Shown one piece after another: positions 28,391 through 35,521 of a stretch of 35,521 nucleotides of DNA. The stretch covers positions 1-35,521 of the forward strand of contig DATLMQ010000026.1 of NCBI GenBank assembly GCA_035537215.1, given 5' to 3'. The notes beneath the pieces are model-generated. The model worked only from the letters and a program-made list of their open reading frames with translations, had not been told where the DNA came from and searched no databases. This stretch comes from Acidobacteriaceae bacterium. Its GTDB lineage: Bacteria > Acidobacteriota > Terriglobia > Terriglobales > Acidobacteriaceae. Positions within the stretch are counted from its first letter, which is position 1. Each line of letters begins with the position of its first letter. A program made the position numbers and the translations under genes.

Positions 28391-29905
28391 TCACGCTACA
28401 CGGGCCCTCATCTTCGCCGACTCCAGGCACTCCGCCCGCACCGCCTGGGCGATCGCCATAGCCATCACCAGGTCGTCATGCGCTCCTCCGGCCGCCGCCG
28501 TCCGGCCGCGTTCATCCGCCACAAACGTCCTGCACTCACCCAGCAGCCGCCGGCTCATAAACCGCTCCGGAGAATCCGCCAGCAGCGTTCCCATCCTCGC
28601 AATCATCTCCGGCTTCGACGCCGCCGTCGTCAACCACCCCGCTTCGCCGCCCTGCCGATAGACTTGCCCGTACCGCTCGTTCATCTCCATGTACGCCAGC
28701 ACTGCCGCGCCGTGATTATTCCGCTCCACCGCAACCAGTGCATCTCCATACTGTCGGGCGAGTTCCACAGCCACCCGCGCCAACTCCGCCGGGCGCAGCC
28801 TTTCGCGCAGCTCCGCGCACTGCAGCCCCGTCGCTACCTCCACCACCTGCACGGCCGCGAAGTCTCCCTCCCTACCGCCGCCCGCAGAATCCGCGGACAC
28901 CACATAGCTCCGGCCCGGAGCCGGCCTCAGCCACACCTGCAACGCTCCACCACGTCGCATCTCCAGCGGCTCCGGAACCTCTCTCGCCCGCTCTTCCAAT
29001 CTATCCACGTCAAAGCAGCACGCTCCCGTAGCCCGGAAGCAGCTCTCCGCATCCTCTGCGAACTCCTGCGACCGCAGCGCTCCATACCCGCGCTCCAGCC
29101 CCCGCCGAAACCCGATCTGTTCAGGCCTCAAACCATGCCGCGCCACTAGTCCACACTCTTCCGCGCTCATCGCGTCGGGCTCAACACAAGGCCCCACATA
29201 CGCCCCTTCCATCCACCAGGGAAAGAAGTGCCGCACCAGCCCCTCTTCATTTCCTGCGCCTTCCTCAACACCCGAGCACCACTCCTCATAGAACGCCCCC
29301 TGCGCTCCGTTCGGCGTGCTCTCCAGCACCAGCTCTCCATCCGGAACCAGCGCCGCGCGCAATCCAGCCAGCGTCACACCCGCATCCCCCGGCCACCGGC
29401 TCACCTCGCTGCAGTGCAGGTTCTGCACGCTCAACCCGCGGCCCGCGCCTGCATCGGCCGCGCTGCATATTCTGAACTCGCTATCCAGTTCCGCGAACAC
29501 CAGCTGTCCCACATTGCCGCGCTGCAACCGTAGCGGCCCATCGCGCAGATCCGCCGGCAGCTGCTCCCACATCCGCCGCACCGTCGCGAAGATCGCCTCC
29601 GCCGCCTCCCGCGTATGGGCCACCTGCAGCGTCAGTGTCCCGGGCCGTGTGATCGTGCGCAGAAAAAACCTGCCCGCCACCCACGTCGTCAGCCCCATCT
29701 GCCGAGCCTTCAGCACCACGTTCTGTCGTCCGCGGCGTTCCTCAAACGCTCGCTGCACCGCGTTCGCCTCGAGCGGCTGAATCTTCCCATCTCGCCCTCG
29801 CACCCGCAACAACGATGCCGCAAGCTCTACTGAAGCAGCGGGCCGCCCATCCATCCGGCGGCCCAGCTCCAACAGTGCATCCAGTTCCGTGACCCCTCGC
29901 CTCAC
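28391..29905 (-). CDS. terL: Terminase large subunit
   Basis: Walker A LKARQMGLTT, Walker B LHCSE, coupling motif ESTPNG, RNase H-like nuclease acids (VSADSAGG..GD, AVERN, HDDLVMA). Confidence 0.93.
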   Translation of the reverse strand: MRRGVTELDALLELGRRMDGRPAASVELAASLLRVRGRDGKIQPLEANAVQRAFEERRGRQNVVLKARQMGLTTWVAGRFFLRTITRPGTLTLQVAHTREAAEAIFATVRRMWEQLPADLRDGPLRLQRGNVGQLVFAELDSEFRICSAADAGAGRGLSVQNLHCSEVSRWPGDAGVTLAGLRAALVPDGELVLESTPNGAQGAFYEEWCSGVEEGAGNEEGLVRHFFPWWMEGAYVGPCVEPDAMSAEECGLVARHGLRPEQIGFRRGLERGYGALRSQEFAEDAESCFRATGACCFDVDRLEERAREVPEPLEMRRGGALQVWLRPAPGRSYVVSADSAGGGREGDFAAVQVVEVATGLQCAELRERLRPAELARVAVELARQYGDALVAVERNNHGAAVLAYMEMNERYGQVYRQGGEAGWLTTAASKPEMIARMGTLLADSPERFMSRRLLGECRTFVADERGRTAAAGGAHDDLVMAMAIAQAVRAECLESAKMRARVA

Positions 29906-29920
29906 TACATCCTCATCCGG

Positions 29921-32900
29921 CTACATGCACTGGTACGACCACGCATACGTCGTCCCGGCAGCCAGCGATGACGAGCCCACATTCACCGTCCATCCGCTCG
30001 CACTCGGTGCGCCCGTGTAGATCGTTCCTGTCGCCGCTGCCGCCGCCGCATTGCGAGGCATCAGCGAGCATCCCTGCGGCACAGTGCTCGACGGCAGCGA
30101 CCAGCCGACATTGGCCACAACGCTCGATCCATTCGGCGCTCCTCCCGTCGTCACCGTCAGCACACCGGAAAGCGCCGTTCCACTCAAGCTTGCACTCCCG
30201 CCGCCGGTCCCATTTCCAGTGCCCACCGAAGGAGCCGGTCCGCTTCCCGTCACCTGCCCGGCCTGCAGCACGTTTGTCATCACGGTTCCGCCGCCATCTC
30301 CCGTGAACGTGATCGCGTGGACATTGTTCACCCGGAAGTGGAACCCTCCACCCGTCGGCACATCCAGGTAAAGGTTGGCGTCGCCCGCCCCGCCCCCGAT
30401 AAATCCTATCCTCGATCCGTCCGCGTTGTTCCCGTTCAGCGTGAAGTTGCTATACCCCGAGCTGCCGCCGGCCGCCAATTGCGCCCGTCCCGCATATCCG
30501 CTGACAAGCGCAGACGCAGACAGGTTCGCCACATTGATCGTGTTCGCGTTGAAGCCGCCCCCCGAGAACGTAAAGGTCTGCCCGCCCATGATCCACGTAG
30601 CGCTGCTTCCGTTCGGGTCGTAGTAGAGAAAATCCTCTCCGTGCGCCGAGTCCAATGCGAACAGCGAATACCCCGAGTTCCAGCGGTTGCATCCATGCAC
30701 GTTGCAATGCGCGTGGATCAGCGCATCTGTACCCGCGTCCACCTCGAAGTCCGTCTTCCACGGACCGACTGCCATGTACGCATTGTCCGGAAGCTGATGT
30801 GTCCCGCCCGCGCCGATGTAGTTACTCGCCGGCACTGCATTCGTGATCGACCATCCGCGGACGCCCGGTCCCACCTGTCCCTGATACTGCTTGCCTGCGC
30901 TCGCATACTGCACCGGCCGTGGCATAAACTGCGTCACAAACTCCGTATCCGCAAATGTCGACTGCTGATAAAAGTGCGGCTCTTCCACCGCATCTCCTGA
31001 CGCCCAGGCCACAGTGTTCGCCGCCAGCGTCAACAGCCCATCCACCTGCTTGTTCGCGGGATCGTAGACACTCAACACCTCGGCCATCGGATACAGAACA
31101 TAACCTCCGGTCAGAAACGTCAGTTGGCCGCCGCTGCTCGTCCCATCCGTCCCGTTGTTCGGATAGGTGAGCGTATTCGCGCCCGTGGTCGTCACCTTGA
31201 AGCTGCCGTTATAACTCGGGTCCGCCACTCCGCTTACCGTGAACGTCAGCCCATTCACGTCTTGCGGCATGTTGCCGGTCAGCGTCACCGTCGTCACGTT
31301 GCCCTGCCGTGCAATTGAAGCCACCTGCAGTGTGATGTTCTGGTAGGCGCTCGTGCTCGAGCCCTCTTGGTTCGCCACCAGCGGGGTAATCGCGTCTGCA
31401 TAGTACAGAGTGGTCGAGTTGATCGACCCCACCACCGGAAACACCTGCCGCAGCTGCCCGTTCGTATCGACCGTCTGCTCCAGCCCGTAGCCGCACAGCC
31501 CTCCGACCGCAATCGTCGCGCCTGAGATATGTACCTTGTTCAGCGTCAGGCTGATGTGCGTCGCGTCCACCACCGTGTAGTTCGCCGTCTCAAAGTTCGG
31601 AAACAGCACCGCCGCCACCGGATCGGCCACGCAGGCCACACCAGAGTGCGGTAGCACAGCCGTGGTTGCCGCAAACGACCCCGTCGGCAGATTGCTGGTC
31701 GCGATCGGCAGCGTCACCGTGCCCGGTGCCACGTTCTTCGCCTGCGACGTAGCCGGAGCCGCTGTCTGCAGAAACACGCTCACCGGAAAGCTCGCCCCTG
31801 TAAAGCTTGCCCTGCCAAACAGGTCGCGCCCTGATCCGGTCAGGCTTCCATTTGTGATCACCTTCCCCGGATTCTTGTTGATCAGGTATCGTCCTTCGCC
31901 CTGCGTTCCGCCGCCCGCGGTCGGATTCACCATCACCGCCGTCGAGCCCGTCGTGCATCCGCTCCAGCACGTCCCCTGGAATACACGCCAGTCCTCCGTC
32001 ACCTGCAGATCGAACGGATGGGCTCCCTCGTCCGCCATGTCCCTGTACCCGCCCGAGCTCGTCAGGAACATGCCGCCGGCAAGACAATCGCCCACGCCGT
32101 AGCAGTTGATATTGTGCGTGCTCTGCACATGTTGCCCCAGCGTGTAATAGTTCCCCGTATCCTGCGTCACGCCATAGGTAGCCTTCCCATACGGCGGATT
32201 CTCCACGTTGCCAGGCAGCTGATTCGATCCACCGGTCAGTGCCATGTTCGTCAGGTTCTGCGTTACATGCGACGTCCCCACACCGTTACTGCCCGTCGTA
32301 CTTGCATTCGCATCCGTCCGCGTCGAAACCTGTGTCAGGTTCAGGCTCGTGCTCAGGCCCCCGTTCCGGTTCGCCGGATCAACGACCACGATGGTCTCGT
32401 TGCCACCGCGCGCATCCACCACACGTCCAGCCTGGGGAATCTGCCCCTGTATCACAGGTTCCCCCGGTCCGTAGCTCGGTTCCACCTTCAACACGCAGCC
32501 CGTTCCGCAAGCTGTGCTCGTCAGCGCATTTGAAATTCCGTTGTTCCCATCGCCGTTCTGGAACTGGCTCGCGTACAGCTCACCGTTCAGCGCATTGATC
32601 TGCATCTGCGTTCCGCTCGGCTGCGCGATCACCTGCGCACTGCTCGGCATCAGGCTCACCTTCTGCCCCAGCCCCGCCGCAATCGCCGTGACGTTGTTGT
32701 CGACGTAGTTCTTATCCGCCGCCTGGTTCCCGCTCACCGGATCCGCTGCAAGCAGCAGCGGTCCCGACATCGTATCCCCGGTCTTCTGGATGTACGCCGT
32801 CGACGTTCCCGTCCCCGTTCCCGAGCTCAGCGCCGCCGCAATCGCCGTGTCCACATAATTCCGCGACGCCGTCTGCATCGCCAGACTCGTCGGCAGCACC

Positions 32901-33289
32901 TGGCTCTCCACGGTCCCCAGCTTCACCGGAGTCGCGCTCACCGGCACCACCCAGTACTGCCGGCTCGTCGTCCCATCGTTCAGGTGAAACACCGCCGTGT
33001 AATACGTCCCGGTCGGCGTCGCTCCCGCATTCGGAGCCAGCGTGATGCTCAGCGTCCCATTCGCTCCAATCGTCGCCGAGCTCGTCCCGGAAGCCACCGC
33101 TGCGCCAGCCAACGTCGTAAACGTCGGCCAGCTCACCACTACGCTTCCGCCCGCTACCGTTCCGTCGGCCCGATACACCGTGTCCTGGATCGTCGTAGTC
33201 GTGACCTGGGCCATCGCCACCCCGTACCACGCTCCCAGCCAGCCGACCACCACGGTCACCAGCAGCAATCCTCGTCTCACTCCTCGCAT
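29921..33289 (-). CDS. Large Gly/Thr/Ser-rich fibre/adhesin-like protein with N-terminal signal peptide
   Basis: MRGVRR + hydrophobic core + AMA|Q; phage fibre-type motifs YIQKTGDTMSGPL and AADKNYVD; FCCH-like beta module (VTTVTL...TVSGVADPSYNGSFKVT); GGAGG RBS favours ATG 33289. Confidence 0.7.
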   Translation of the reverse strand: MRGVRRGLLLVTVVVGWLGAWYGVAMAQVTTTTIQDTVYRADGTVAGGSVVVSWPTFTTLAGAAVASGTSSATIGANGTLSITLAPNAGATPTGTYYTAVFHLNDGTTSRQYWVVPVSATPVKLGTVESQVLPTSLAMQTASRNYVDTAIAAALSSGTGTGTSTAYIQKTGDTMSGPLLLAADPVSGNQAADKNYVDNNVTAIAAGLGQKVSLMPSSAQVIAQPSGTQMQINALNGELYASQFQNGDGNNGISNALTSTACGTGCVLKVEPSYGPGEPVIQGQIPQAGRVVDARGGNETIVVVDPANRNGGLSTSLNLTQVSTRTDANASTTGSNGVGTSHVTQNLTNMALTGGSNQLPGNVENPPYGKATYGVTQDTGNYYTLGQHVQSTHNINCYGVGDCLAGGMFLTSSGGYRDMADEGAHPFDLQVTEDWRVFQGTCWSGCTTGSTAVMVNPTAGGGTQGEGRYLINKNPGKVITNGSLTGSGRDLFGRASFTGASFPVSVFLQTAAPATSQAKNVAPGTVTLPIATSNLPTGSFAATTAVLPHSGVACVADPVAAVLFPNFETANYTVVDATHISLTLNKVHISGATIAVGGLCGYGLEQTVDTNGQLRQVFPVVGSINSTTLYYADAITPLVANQEGSSTSAYQNITLQVASIARQGNVTTVTLTGNMPQDVNGLTFTVSGVADPSYNGSFKVTTTGANTLTYPNNGTDGTSSGGQLTFLTGGYVLYPMAEVLSVYDPANKQVDGLLTLAANTVAWASGDAVEEPHFYQQSTFADTEFVTQFMPRPVQYASAGKQYQGQVGPGVRGWSITNAVPASNYIGAGGTHQLPDNAYMAVGPWKTDFEVDAGTDALIHAHCNVHGCNRWNSGYSLFALDSAHGEDFLYYDPNGSSATWIMGGQTFTFSGGGFNANTINVANLSASALVSGYAGRAQLAAGGSSGYSNFTLNGNNADGSRIGFIGGGAGDANLYLDVPTGGGFHFRVNNVHAITFTGDGGGTVMTNVLQAGQVTGSGPAPSVGTGNGTGGGSASLSGTALSGVLTVTTGGAPNGSSVVANVGWSLPSSTVPQGCSLMPRNAAAAAATGTIYTGAPSASGWTVNVGSSSLAAGTTYAWSYQCM

Positions 33290-33400
33290 CACACCTCCAG
33301 AAACAAAACTCTTGCCGGTCCCGCTCCGCAGAACCCCGTCTTCCCCAAAGCCGCACAGAGCGGGAGCCTCAGCTCACACCTCTCCGCGCCGGGCCGCCCG

Positions 33401-33430
33401 TTGCGCCCGACTCAACTCACCCGCTACCAT
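33401..33430 (+). promoter_or_regulatory. Putative sigma70 promoter for the small ORF and oxidoreductase
   Basis: TTGCGC-N18-TACCAT, 28 nt upstream of ATG 33459. Confidence 0.4.
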
Positions 33431-33458
33431 CGCCTACGTAGCACCCCGAAAGGCACTC

Positions 33459-33677
33459 ATGGATTCCAGCTCCAACTCCTCGGCCCGTCGCTCCGAAGAC
33501 ATCGCTCTCGACCTGCTCAAGTTCATCGCCCCGCACGCCAACGTCGGCCGCACCGGCGCCGCTTCCACCGGCTTCGGTCCACCGTCGCCGGCCAAGTCCG
33601 AGGACCAGATCGCCCAGCTTCTGGAGCTCTACGCTCGTTGCCGTCAGGCTGTCGAGTCTTCCTCGCCCAAGAAGTAA
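33459..33677 (+). CDS. Small hypothetical helical protein (72 aa)
   Basis: C-terminal part of track ORF 33042..33677; ATG 33459 after GAAAGG; SEDIALDLLKFIA...QLLELYARCRQAVE; ends 3 nt before next gene. Confidence 0.7.
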   Translation: MDSSSNSSARRSEDIALDLLKFIAPHANVGRTGAASTGFGPPSPAKSEDQIAQLLELYARCRQAVESSSPKK

Positions 33678-33680
33678 GCC

Positions 33681-34706
33681 GTGGCTCCACTTCCCGTCGC
33701 GGTCATCGGTGCCGGCGCCTTTGGCCGCAATCATCTCCGTGTCTACCGCGAGCTCGAACACCTCGCCTCAGCTCCTGTGCCCGTGCAGCTGGCGGCTGTC
33801 GTCGAGTCCAACCCCGACGTTCGCCGGCGCGCCGTCCAGCACCTCGACATCCCCGCCTTCGCCTCCGTCGACGAGCTCCTCCGCGCCGGCCTCTCGCTCA
33901 GTGCGGCCTCCGTCTGCGTGCCTACCGTGCAGCACGCGTCCGTAGCCGACCAACTCCTCCGCGCCGGCCTCGACGTCCTCATCGAAAAACCTTTCGCTGC
34001 CTCGCTCGCCGAAGCCGACCGCATCCTCGCGCTCGCCGCTTCGCTCGGCCGCATCGTCCAGGTCGGCCATCTCGAGCGCTTCAACCCCGCCGTCATCGCG
34101 GTCACCCGGCGCATCACCCGCCCCATGTTCTTTGAGGCCCATCGCCTCAGCATCTTCACGCCGCGCTCGCTCGATGTCGACGTCGTTCTCGACCTCATGA
34201 TCCACGACCTCGACATCGTCCTCGCACTCGCCGCATCGCCCGTTCGCGAGGTCCGCGCCGTCGGCCTTCCCGTACTCTCCCGTAAGGTCGACATCGCCAA
34301 CGCCCGCATCGAGTTCGACTCCGGCTGCGTCGCCAACTTCACCGCCTCCCGCGTCTCCACCGAGCAGGTCCGCAAGCTCCGTCTCTTTCAGCCCCGCGAG
34401 TACCTCTCGCTCGACTTCGCCCGGCAGGAGCTCCTCGCCATCCAGGTCGGCCACGAAGGCCCGCTCTCGCCGGAAGCCCTCGCCGCTATCGTCCCCGCCT
34501 CGCACCCCAGCGCCGGCCTCAAGCTCGACAAACTCGAGCTCCCCCGCGCCGAACCTCTTCGTCTCGAAATCGAAAGCTTCCTCTCGGCAGTCTGCAATCG
34601 CACAGTGCCGGTCGTCTCCGGCACCGCCGGTCGCGCCGCTCTCGCCCTCGCTCTTGAGGTCAATGAGCAGATCGCCGAACACGCCCACCGTGCCGGCCTC
34701 ACCTAG
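33681..34706 (+). CDS. Gfo/Idh/MocA-family oxidoreductase (GnnA-like)
   Basis: VIGAGAFG, VPTVQH, LIEKPF, VGHLERFNP, DLMIHDLD. Confidence 0.92.
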   Translation: MAPLPVAVIGAGAFGRNHLRVYRELEHLASAPVPVQLAAVVESNPDVRRRAVQHLDIPAFASVDELLRAGLSLSAASVCVPTVQHASVADQLLRAGLDVLIEKPFAASLAEADRILALAASLGRIVQVGHLERFNPAVIAVTRRITRPMFFEAHRLSIFTPRSLDVDVVLDLMIHDLDIVLALAASPVREVRAVGLPVLSRKVDIANARIEFDSGCVANFTASRVSTEQVRKLRLFQPREYLSLDFARQELLAIQVGHEGPLSPEALAAIVPASHPSAGLKLDKLELPRAEPLRLEIESFLSAVCNRTVPVVSGTAGRAALALALEVNEQIAEHAHRAGLT

Positions 34707-34724
34707 GTTCTTCTAATCGATCCC

Positions 34725-35521
34725 TTAATCCATCCGCTGCACAGCGATATTCGCCGGCAGCTTCAGCTCAAACTGATCGTCCTGCAGCTTCTCATTCAGT
34801 GTCAGCTTCGTCACATCGATCTTCAGCGCGTACTCATCCAGCGGCCGACGTATGTTGATCAGGGTAGGGAACTGCTGTCCCCCGAACTCCTGGTACTTGT
34901 CATACGTGGCCTGCGTCACAATCTCGCCGTTGTCGTCAAAAATGTCCTGCTGAAACGGCAGCATCGTAATCCGGCTGAAGTGCACCAGCCGCTCCAGCTG
35001 CATCGTGTTCCCCTCGCGCTTCTTTAGGACAGCAAGATCGTAGTCCGGCTCTTCGATCGCCGCCCTCCGGCCCTTCTCAGGGGCCAGCACGCGCCTCGAC
35101 TCCGACAGCACCACAAACTCCTCAGGCTTCACTCCCGGCACCAGCAGCGAATCGAAGAACACCCCCGGTCGCAGGTTTTCCAGCCCGTTCCTTGAAGGCT
35201 TCGTCACCTGGTTGCTGCCTACAATCGCCCGGTTCCGCGGTGGAATCAGCAGCGTAAACTGCTGCCCATCGCTCACCATGTCCAGCGCCCGCGATCCGAT
35301 CACCGGCAGCTGCAGCAGCACTCGAAGATCGCGCGGCTTGCGCACGAAGATGTAGCCCCGGAACGACGTATACGTCGTCACCTTGCCCTCTTTGCCTCCG
35401 CCCGTAGTCGCCGTAATCAGCACCGCGGCATTCAGCGTCTGAATCGCTGCATCCCGCGTCGAGACCTCTTTCTCCAGCTGCTCCACGCTCGCCGTCCGAT
35501 ATACCTCAGGCGGCTGTGTCT
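34725..35521 (-). CDS. LolA/LolB-like outer-envelope protein (DUF4292-like), N-terminus outside window
   Basis: Open frame continues to the window edge; MVSDGQQFTLLIP, FPTLINIRRP, LNEKLQDDQFELKLP resemble the LolA-fold C-terminus. Confidence 0.65.
   Translation of the reverse strand, partial: TQPPEVYRTASVEQLEKEVSTRDAAIQTLNAAVLITATTGGGKEGKVTTYTSFRGYIFVRKPRDLRVLLQLPVIGSRALDMVSDGQQFTLLIPPRNRAIVGSNQVTKPSRNGLENLRPGVFFDSLLVPGVKPEEFVVLSESRRVLAPEKGRRAAIEEPDYDLAVLKKREGNTMQLERLVHFSRITMLPFQQDIFDDNGEIVTQATYDKYQEFGGQQFPTLINIRRPLDEYALKIDVTKLTLNEKLQDDQFELKLPANIAVQRMD

Larger units (their letters stand above)
17466..33289 (-). other. Phage-derived head-tail morphogenesis cluster lacking integration/replication genes (GTA-like or domesticated prophage remnant)
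   Basis: 15 co-oriented, closely spaced, unbroken ORFs in canonical terminase-portal-protease-capsid-neck-tail-lysis order, flanked by housekeeping genes. Confidence 0.85.

Noticed and set aside
17396-33458. Intact inducible prophage with att sites
   Set aside because: No integrase, repressor, replication genes, tRNA or flanking direct repeats visible at either boundary
33459-33677. Small ORF as the missing TerS or cluster repressor
   Set aside because: Opposite strand, coupled to the oxidoreductase, and no HTH or TerS-like pattern visible

Overview
GC-rich bacterial chromosome segment; gene content and protein style suggest Acidobacteriota (inference, not a database result). The left half (1-17.4 kb) is mostly housekeeping: a partial CocE/NonD hydrolase, mfd, an FNT channel, gatB, a histone-like DUF6496-type protein, two adjacent predicted cell-wall hydrolases (DD-peptidase fold and GH24 lysozyme), and lpdA / SnoaL-like / lipB / phosphoesterase / sucB-type E2. 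From about 17.5 to 33.3 kb there is a co-oriented minus-strand cluster of about 15.8 kb of apparently intact phage morphogenesis genes. In transcription order these are a signal-peptide-bearing fibre-like protein, TerL, a HipA-like kinase plus DUF3037 cassette, portal, prohead protease, scaffold, major capsid, connector, closure, tail terminator, tail tube, hub/tip protein and two holin-like proteins. I see no integrase, att site, repressor, replication gene, small terminase or tape measure. The cluster shares the strand-composition bias of the host genes on both sides. The best reading is a domesticated, gene-transfer-agent-like element, with its probable endolysin displaced about 6.4 kb away. 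The HipA-like protein has Asn where the catalytic Asp is expected. Related terminator-like hairpins precede the portal and capsid genes. All family calls come from motif recognition by eye.
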